From Octopus vulgaris (lineage: Eukaryota), in assembly GCA_951406725.2 (NCBI GenBank), contig OX597843.1, forward strand, positions 20,832,001 to 20,896,000: a DNA stretch of 64,000 bases, written 5' to 3'. The position numbers and the translations under genes were made by a program. Shown here piece after piece: positions 55,045-64,000 of the stretch; position 1 is the first letter of the stretch; every line of letters begins with the position of its first letter. Below the pieces are notes generated by a model. The model searched no databases and was not told the DNA's origin. It was given only the letters and a program-made list of their open reading frames with translations.

Positions 55045-55770
55045 ATATGAGAGGTAATATTGTCAAGGAAACCCAAATGTGTCAGTCAAAGCTGAGTTGT
55101 TGCTATGGACATGCAAATGAGGAGTCCAACTTAGGTCATATATTAACATCGATATGTATAAAATTAAAAGAAGGAAATAAAGATCCAAGGCTGTGAAAGA
55201 TTTAAGAACATTTCTAAAGAGAAGACGTTACAGCTGTTTTCGGGATATTTATGTATCTCTTCATCGGAGACGGTGCGAGAAGATGGTTAGGCAATAGGTA
55301 TTCTAGAATAACTATTGCTTAACCATTTTCTCACACCGTCTTCGATGAAAGAATATATAAAATATCCCTGGAACAGCTGGAAGACGTCTCTATAAATGTT
55401 CTGAAATCTTTCACAGACTTGGACATTTATCTGATTCATTTATATATATATATATATATATACACAAACACACACACACACACACATACAGATATATATG
55501 TACATAACAATACATATATGTATATATAAATGCAAGTGTATGTGGTTATCTATGATTGCTTACGAATTTCATTTTCAAATTTCTTAATCCCGAATTATAG
55601 GTTGTCCATAAATAGTGGACCTGGATACCGTAAAGCTATTTTTCTATATGAAATACCCATTTTCTAGTTTCTCCGCCTGAGAAACAGTAGAACAACCCGA
55701 TCAACGACAATTATTACTGCTAGTATATATATGTATGTATATATATATATATATATATATAAATATATAT

Positions 55771-56625
55771 ATACGCGGTTGTATCAAAATTTCACGGACA
55801 AACTCCATAGCGCGCCAACGCTTGGATGCACACAATTGTAAGCACGCTGATAGCGAGCAGTGACCTTCATGAAGTAGTATGCTGAGTAACATCGATGTGT
55901 ATACTTCACACGATGTGGAATTTGTATTTTTGTGATGACGTGTATGAACAGGACGGGTATGGATGAAAGAGCCAACATGAAATTTTACGTAAAAATTGGG
56001 AAGTCTGCTATAGAGAGATGGAGCATGCATCGGCAAGCTTATAGCGATGAGACAATGGGCCGTACATAATATTTCAAGTTCACAGGTGCACGAGAGAATG
56101 ACAGCTTAATCAAGAGAATTTTCAATATTTTTTCTACATCGTCAGTATTGTGCATTGAGAATTCGACCCCCAAGTCCAAAAGAGGGATTAATTTAGACAT
56201 TTTAAAGCTTTTCAAGGATGACATTCGAGAAAACTGACTGGATGTGTGGTGCGCAAATTATTGGATTTTTCACGACGACAATGCACTCTGTCACCACACT
56301 CGTGGGTATCTTGCCAAAAGCAACATGCTATCGCTTCCGTGCATGTCCTTTTAGCCAGATTCAATACCTGGTCACTTCCATCTCTTCACCAAGATGAAAA
56401 TACAGTTCATAGATCGAGATAAATAGGAAATTTAACACCGTTGTTGAGATCAAGACGTCCTCAAGAGGCCGGATACCAAAAGTGTCAAGAAAGCTGGATC
56501 GGGTGTATTCGAAAAGCTTGCTGGTGTATACCTGCACAAGGTGACTTTACCGAATGAGATGAAGTTAATATAAGTTAGTTTTATTAAACATAACTCATCC
56601 AGGAACATTACGATGCCACTTTGTA
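55771..56625 (+). mobile_element. Mariner element, internally deleted
   Basis: MKFYVKIGKSAIE..AYSDETM (HTH), WIFHDDNALCH, HLFTKMK; degenerate TIRs at TA. Confidence 0.75.
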
Positions 56626-56777
56626 TGTATACGATGGATTTCTTTTAGTTACCTTGAACAAATATACACGAGTTTGTTGTGCTGTAAGCCAGAGTACACG
56701 CAGTGGGACTGAATACAGTAGAAAATATTATATCACATTTATGCCAACACCTAATCGCATGTACATATATATATATA

Positions 56778-57647
56778 CAGGTTGCAACACGAAATTGTCA
56801 CCATTACCTTTTTAATTTCTCGCATGCGCCTTCTTTGTTTTTTACTTTTGTCTACCTCTCAGTATAGTATGATCAGTTGGGTACCGTCTGTGAGACAAAC
56901 AGCACCATGGCGTAAGTCACTCTGCCATAACTTTTTGAAATGACATGCTGTACTGCTTGGCATTCGCGCCGAAAGATCTAATATGAACATTTCAGAGTGT
57001 TTGGGTGTCAGTCTGAGGAATGTTCAATCCAAGGACATGTACTCCGACTGATAAAAATCAAACATCCAGTCAACATCATGGTGTTTGGAGTGATCACTAG
57101 TGATGGTGACATTATGCTTTCATTCACGGTTTCAGACTCAATACGGAGGCCTACATTAAGTCCCTGGAGAAGGTAGTGCTTCCCTGGAGCAAAGGGATAG
57201 CTGATGGAAGATCCTATCTCTGGCAGCAAGACTCTGTGCAATGCCATACAACCAGGAGAACCCAGCCATGGCTGTCAGACAAATTCTGCGACCACATCAC
57301 ACCTAAAATCACGCCATCTAACTCCCCAGGCTGGAACCCCCTTGATTATTATGCGTGGGACGCAGTTGACTGAGAGGTCAACAAAACCCCTTGTAACATC
57401 AAAGATAAACTGAATACAAGGATTTTGGCAGTATTCACCGAATTAAACAAGTTGACCGTCCAAAAGAGTTTCAAGAGATTCCGAAGCTGACCGGAAGACG
57501 TGGTTGAAGCCAATAGCGATTTTATTGAAGACATTTACTTTCAAGATGCTTTTTCTGTTATTTTGGTAAATATACCTGTTAAAATGGGATGTCAGTTTTA
57601 TTTTCATTTTTGCATAATTTAGATGACACTATATTTACCGTACCCTG
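56778..57647 (+). mobile_element. Tc1/mariner DD37D (maT-type) element, decayed
   Basis: IMVFGVIT, WQQD-(37 aa)-D in NSPGWNPLDYYAW; CAGG..TGTCA TIR remnants. Confidence 0.8.
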
Positions 57648-57719
57648 TACAAAATATATATATATGTGTGAGTGTGTGTGTGTTTCTGTGTGTGTGTGTG
57701 TGTGTTTTGTGTGAGGATG

Positions 57720-60253
57720 CTCTTGAGTGCTACTGGTAAATCTTCCTATAGATGATACAAAAGATAGCAATCCCTCCACACTATCTATCAAAAACCACAT
57801 TATCCACATATGGAATGAAAAACGCAAAGCCAGAAACTCTTCTTTCTGCAATACGATTAAAAACAACCACAAGACAGAAATCTACGAACGCTGGCTAAAC
57901 TCTACACCAATAATTTTGCCTCGTAAATTCCAACTTAAACGTATTCCAAAGAAGCCGACAACGGATGTGCGGTAGTAGTGATGAATACAGAATACTACAC
58001 AAATTTAATACATTCCATGTTGGAAAGTAATACTTACTATGAGAAATTAATACGTAACAACCCACAGAAAACACTGAAAAACTTGCCCTCCTTACTCCAA
58101 ATTCATGGAAAGGGTCTCACTAAATTTGAAATAGACTTTTTACCCAATTTTAAATACGGTCCAAGTCTATTCTACGGATTATCCCCCCCCCAAAAAAAAA
58201 TCCACACGTTTGTGAAGCCTGCAAAGTCTCTACAAGCCTAAGCATTAATGTCCCTTCCTCTACTGACCTCAAAATGAGACCCATCATAGCTGGGCCTTCT
58301 TGTGAAACCCACCGTTTCAGCAATTTCCTCGACATCTAACACAAAACGTTTTTTTAAAAATATGTGAAAAGCTTTATCAGGGATGACCTAGACATGCTGA
58401 ACCACCTCCCGAATACATTAAAGGAAGGAACCATGCTGGTGTATTTCGATGTGGTGAATCTGTACACCAATATCCCACATGAGTATGGTATAGAAGCAAT
58501 CACATCCTGGCTAGAAAAATACCCAGAAGAGATCCCAGGATACATAAACCACAGATTGATAATCGAAGCACTCAAATTCGTCCTGCTGAAAAACTATTTC
58601 ATGTTCGATACAACTTACTATCGAAAACAATGTGGAATTGCAATGGGAACCTGAGCTGCTCCAGTGATTGCAAACCTTGTAATGGGTTACCTAGAACTGA
58701 AGTTATACCAATCATCACTAGAAAATTATGGCGCCTCTTTTAATTGCTATTTAAAGGAGAATTGGAAGAGGTATTTGGATGATTGCTACATACTTTGGAA
58801 AGACAGCATGGACAAACTCCTTGATTTGAACGTAATGCTTAACAACATACATAGCAATATACAATTCACTATGGAACACAACAGTAAACAACTCCCTTTT
58901 CTAGACATGATAATTAAAATAGTTAACCATAGCATAGAAACAGATATCTTTTATAAATCCACAGATTCTAAACAATACCTATTGTTTGACACCCCAAACA
59001 CATAAAAATTAATACACCTTTTAATCTGGCGAAAAGAATATGTACCATAGTTTCGGATACATATATTCGTGAACAAAGACTCCTTGAACATAGATCAACA
59101 CTAACTAAAAGACATTACCCAATCTCATTAATAAATGATGGCATTAGAAGAGATCAGGAAATAGATATACAAATATTAAGGCAAGCCAGCCGAAATTCTA
59201 AACCAGACTTAAAAATACTCCCGTACATTTCCACACATAACCCTAGAAACATCGAAGCCTTCAATATTATCACCCAAAATCTTCTCATCCTCACAGGAGA
59301 CAAAACAACGAACGAAATTTTAAGCTCATACAAAATTTATAAAAAGCAAACTACAACCCAAGTCACTGAAAAAATATTAACCAGCGTAAGACTATATCCA
59401 CAAACAACAGAGCCAAAAGTGAAAAAATGTGGTCGTCTCAACTGTGGAACATACCCCAACGTTTTGGATGGTTCATAATTCCTCTTCAAGCAGGGTGAAA
59501 TATTTAAGATCAAATCAAATTTCACCGGACACTCTGAAAATCTAATCTACACCATGACTTGCTTAGGATGTGGTAAGCACTATATTGGACAAACAGGAAT
59601 ATCCCTCCGTCGAAGAACCACCATGCAAAAGGAAGAAATTCTCCACCCACAATACAGACAGTGACAGCTTAGTGAACACATAGAAAGGTGTGCTAGGATT
59701 CCTAATCCTAATTTCCAAATTTTCCACTTCTATCAATGTTCACAGAACACCTCAATGCAACAAAGGTTGAATAAAGAGACAATTTCCATCAATAAATATA
59801 TTCCCCAACTGAATATAAACACACAACCTAATACAGAACACTACTATCCCTTCAATTAACACCATAAACACCAATACATTCCTTACAAAATTCAGATTCA
59901 AATTCTATATCAAACCTTACTGCACAAAATCCAGAACTACTTACCTCCCTTACAAATAATCTTTTTATTCAGGCACTATTAGACCTAACACCGTTCATTA
60001 GCCGGTGTTCATTCAAAGCAATGAATGGCTTATGACGAAAGCATGGTTTGCTTTCTGACTCTTTAATCATCTCATAATAATGACTTTTATGACTCTTATT
60101 ACTACCTCAGTCCATCTAAACGTATATATATGTCGTTACCTTTCATAAAAAGCTTTTTCTTGTTTTATTTACAATGTGCATTTTCGTTGATTTTTCATAT
60201 TTTCCCCTTACATTTACACGTGTATTTCCTAATTTCTTCTTGTAACATACTTC

Positions 60254-60255
<2 letters not shown>
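57720..60255 (+). mobile_element. Penelope-like element (Neptune-type), decayed
   Basis: RPIIAGP, FDVVNLYTNIPH, GIAMGT, WKRYLDD, LPFLD, FYKSTD, CGRLNCG, CLGCGKHYIGQT; ends at (TA)n. Confidence 0.9.
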
Positions 60256-60305
<50 letters not shown>

Positions 60306-60362
60306 CATATTTCTACTATATATATCTATATATATATATATATATATATAACATATTTCTCC

Positions 60363-60396
<34 letters not shown>

Positions 60397-60725
60397 CACT
60401 CATACATACATATATACATACATATATACAAACACACATACATACAGAAATGCATACGCTATATATACCCTACATAAATACGGGTGCATGTGGTCTTTAT
60501 GTGTTTTTAGATCTACGAGCCTCTGAAACTTTTCGTCCTGTAGTAAAACGAATTTGATATCCGAAATCCGATTCCCAAGGTAAACATCGTCCATAAAATA
60601 TAATAAATATCATAATCCTCCACGTGAAATAACCCAACTTTGAGATCTCAACCTCCCACTCTATATCTTTCACTACCCATGTATCTTATATTTGCCATAC
60701 TATTTGATGCTCTCTCTCACTCTCA

Positions 60726-60756
<31 letters not shown>

Positions 60757-61761
60757 TGTATGTGAATTAAAAATCAATCATTGCTTTCATTTTGTTTAAA
60801 ATCTCTCCTACTTCTGTTTTATGATACAAGTGTTCAAACACAAACAGCTTAGCTTCCAAATCTTGTTTTCCAATGGGGTAAAAATGATAAAACTTTGAAC
60901 CTCTGATGTGTTTTCTAAACTTTGTCTCCAATAAATAAAAAATTTCCAAATTTCCACATACTTTTCAAATTTCAAATTCTGTGACACAAAGCGAAAAGTT
61001 CGCTCTCTAATTGCTTATTTCTTTCCTTTTCTCATAGTAAACCTTCCCACACTTTATGAAAGTATACCGCTCACATTATCGTGTTCCCAATGTGTGTCGT
61101 GTTCCTAATATATATATAGGTGTGTCTGTGTGTGTGCCATTGTGTCTGCGTGTGTGGATGTAAGAATGTGTTCGTATTTTTGTGCGTTATTGTGTGTATA
61201 CGTATGTGCAGAAGAATTATACGCATAAACTTATATATATATATATACATGCATACGTATACCCATGCATACCAGTATATATCATATATACACACTCACA
61301 TACATACACTCACACATATATATATATAGAGAGAATATTATCTTCCAATTATTCAAGTCATTAATCAGCAACCATCCTGGCAACCCTCCTAGAAGGTATT
61401 TTATTCGAATATATTTTCCACGGTATTTAAATTTTGAAAGTCTGTTACTTATTATATCGGTTTCTTTTGAGGAACTGTTAAGTTACGGGGATGGAATATC
61501 TCCAGAGACTAATACAACCACTATAATCAAAGCTCACACACACACATACACCCATGTATATATGTATATAGATAAGACAGGCCTCTTTCAGTTTCTGACA
61601 ACAAAATCTACTCACGACACGAGGATATGGAATTGGACACTTGGTGAAGGCAGCCCGTATTAACAATGACCCCTACACCATGTGGTTGGAAATCAAGCTT
61701 CTTATTACGCAGACACGCCATTGACTTTATACACACATACACTTATATAGATATACATATA

Positions 61762-62022
<261 letters not shown>

Positions 62023-62093
62023 AGCATATTACTCTACCAATTGTATTTGAGAACTCTTTTTTCCACCTTGTTTCACATTAATGTGTTTACTCC

Positions 62094-62184
<91 letters not shown>

Positions 62185-63026
62185 ATATGTATGTATTGTA
62201 CGCTCAAGTGGTCACACCTGTTTTATCCTGTTTTAAACACCTACATATTGGACTCACTACTGCCTGAACTTTCTGCACCTCTCCGATTCTACACCTCTCC
62301 GATTGCCACTGGATATAATTATGGATCTCACGGGACACATCTGTTAATGAAAAGTCCCTCCAATACACTACAACTTTTAATCCTTTTTCAACTTCTGTGA
62401 TTTCCTCATTTTCTTTACTTTTGAAGATCGTAGGGCCGAAACATAAAGCTCTTTCTCACTTTTCGGAGTGTCAAACTAATACACACCTTGTTCATATATC
62501 TGTGTTCGTCTTTTGTTTTTCTGCAAATTTCAACTATGTATATATATATATATATATGTCTATAGATATATATATATATATAAATACAGTGTACATTTAA
62601 ACACATAAGAGGTATCCGTCATCCGTTCATTGCACGCTAGAAGGAACAGCTAAAATCCAAACCGCTATTAGGGATAATCATCGAAGGGAATGAAAATTAT
62701 AAAACATTTACCTCTGTCTCCTAGACAACGGATTGAGACATTTTTTTAGCAAATATACTTATTTGCTAGGCGAAGTCTTCACCAGCAGGTACGCCTATAT
62801 TAAAACATATAAGCATGAGGCAATCCAACATTGCCTCTTATGTGATACCTCTTATGTGTTTAATTATGTTTAAATGTGTTTAAACACATACGACGAATAC
62901 CTCTTATGAGTTTGAATGTACACTGCATTTATATGATTAATATATAGGCTATTGACAATATTTTTACACATTAGGCCACTGGTAGTACAGATTCTAAGCT
63001 TTTTTATTACCCTGTTATTGTTAATT

Positions 63027-63027
<1 letters not shown>

Positions 63028-63091
<64 letters not shown>

Positions 63092-63107
63092 CAGATTGAT
63101 AGATAGA
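63028..63107. repeat. (GATA)n microsatellite at the Tx1 3' end
   Basis: Direct reading. Confidence 0.95.
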
Positions 63108-64000
63108 CATGTTTCTTTACAAGCCACAAAGAGCTGCACACAGACGGGAAAGATTACAATGTAGAGCTTTTCTTTTTTTAGGAAATAAAAGGTGGGGTAG
63201 GTATTCGATAAAAAGAGATCGTAAAAGGGAAAGAAGAAGTTGAAAAAAGGAAAAGAAACAAAAGAAAAAAAACGAGTAGGGATCGTGTATCACAGTGTCA
63301 TGATGTATGGTGTAAAGGGGGAAGCAGATAAGGTTTAACCGTGGGAAGAAAAGCCCACGGAAAGACCACGGTAACCTCGGTCAATATTGTTACATGTTAC
63401 CACATTTGTTTTCAAGTAACCCTCTGTTTTAAATTTCCGGTTTCATAGGATTATGCTCAAGCTGGCTTCGTCATTCATTCGTGCCATCCTTGCTACATTC
63501 ACCCATCTTTTTTAAAACATTCGCTAGACAAAACTTGCCTCTCTGCTCTCACTTCCTTTTCAAGTGATACTTGAAAATGTTAATGAGAGATTGACCAGAG
63601 AGGAAAGTGTTTGTCTCTAATCCTTTCAGACGCGTCCACCAGATACATTCTTTCGCCATATGATGAAAATAGCTCTTCCTTCCTGTTTGAAGGACGGAGG
63701 CGTGACAATATTGACAATAGACTCGGCTGTTAAACCGACTCGTCCCACACGGGACAGCAGTTGTTCGACATAAGCCCACAAGTCGGTAATGGTTGGACAC
63801 TGCACGAAAGCGAGCAAAACGGTATCGTTGCTCTGACCCCATCTCGGGCTGGTCGTCCTCGTGTTCCTCGAGCCGTGTCTATAGAGCTTATCCTGAAGAG
63901 GTAGCGCTTCTCGGTAGCACTGCCAGGCCAAAGATCTCTGGATGTTGTCAATGGGCCCTGGCCCGAAAGTCGTCCTGAACATGCGGATCAGGTATTCCTC
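63108..64000 (-). mobile_element. L1/Tx1-clade LINE 3' end (zinc-knuckle region + 3' UTR)
   Basis: RSLAWQCYREALP..DKL....(C)PR(C)G..DTVL(H)AFVQCP...LWAYV; runs off the window. Confidence 0.8.

Larger units (their letters stand above)
39517..55440 (+). repeat. Segmental duplication, copy B (main block)
   Basis: Direct paralog of 1-15205 with many substitutions and indels. Paired ORFs include 7580/44671, 12441/51302 and 2918/42080. Confidence 0.95.

Overview
Gene-poor, AT-rich, microsatellite-dense animal DNA; the SINE and LINE families suggest octopus/cephalopod (inference). No intact host gene is evident, and most of the ORF track is translated microsatellite or broken transposon frames. The main structure is a direct segmental duplication: copy A (1 to ~21.7 kb) matches copy B (~39.5-63 kb). 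Each copy carries a decayed Helitron interrupted by an old Ty3/Gypsy LTR element, plus Penelope-like (PLE), CR1, mariner and Tx1 fragments. The two copies differ by copy-specific insertions and deletions. Between and around them lie a near-complete RTE LINE, a HERO-like RLE retroelement, an R4/Dong fragment, further PLEs, a mini-Helitron with intact ends, a piggyBac-like MITE, a DD37D maT element and several tRNA-SINEs. The most notable signal is a set of minimal hammerhead-ribozyme (HHR) motifs from several unrelated sequence families. Many sit in head-to-head foldback cassettes bordered by (TA)n, and some have variant cores (U3-A8). All alignments and folds were read by eye, so boundaries are approximate.
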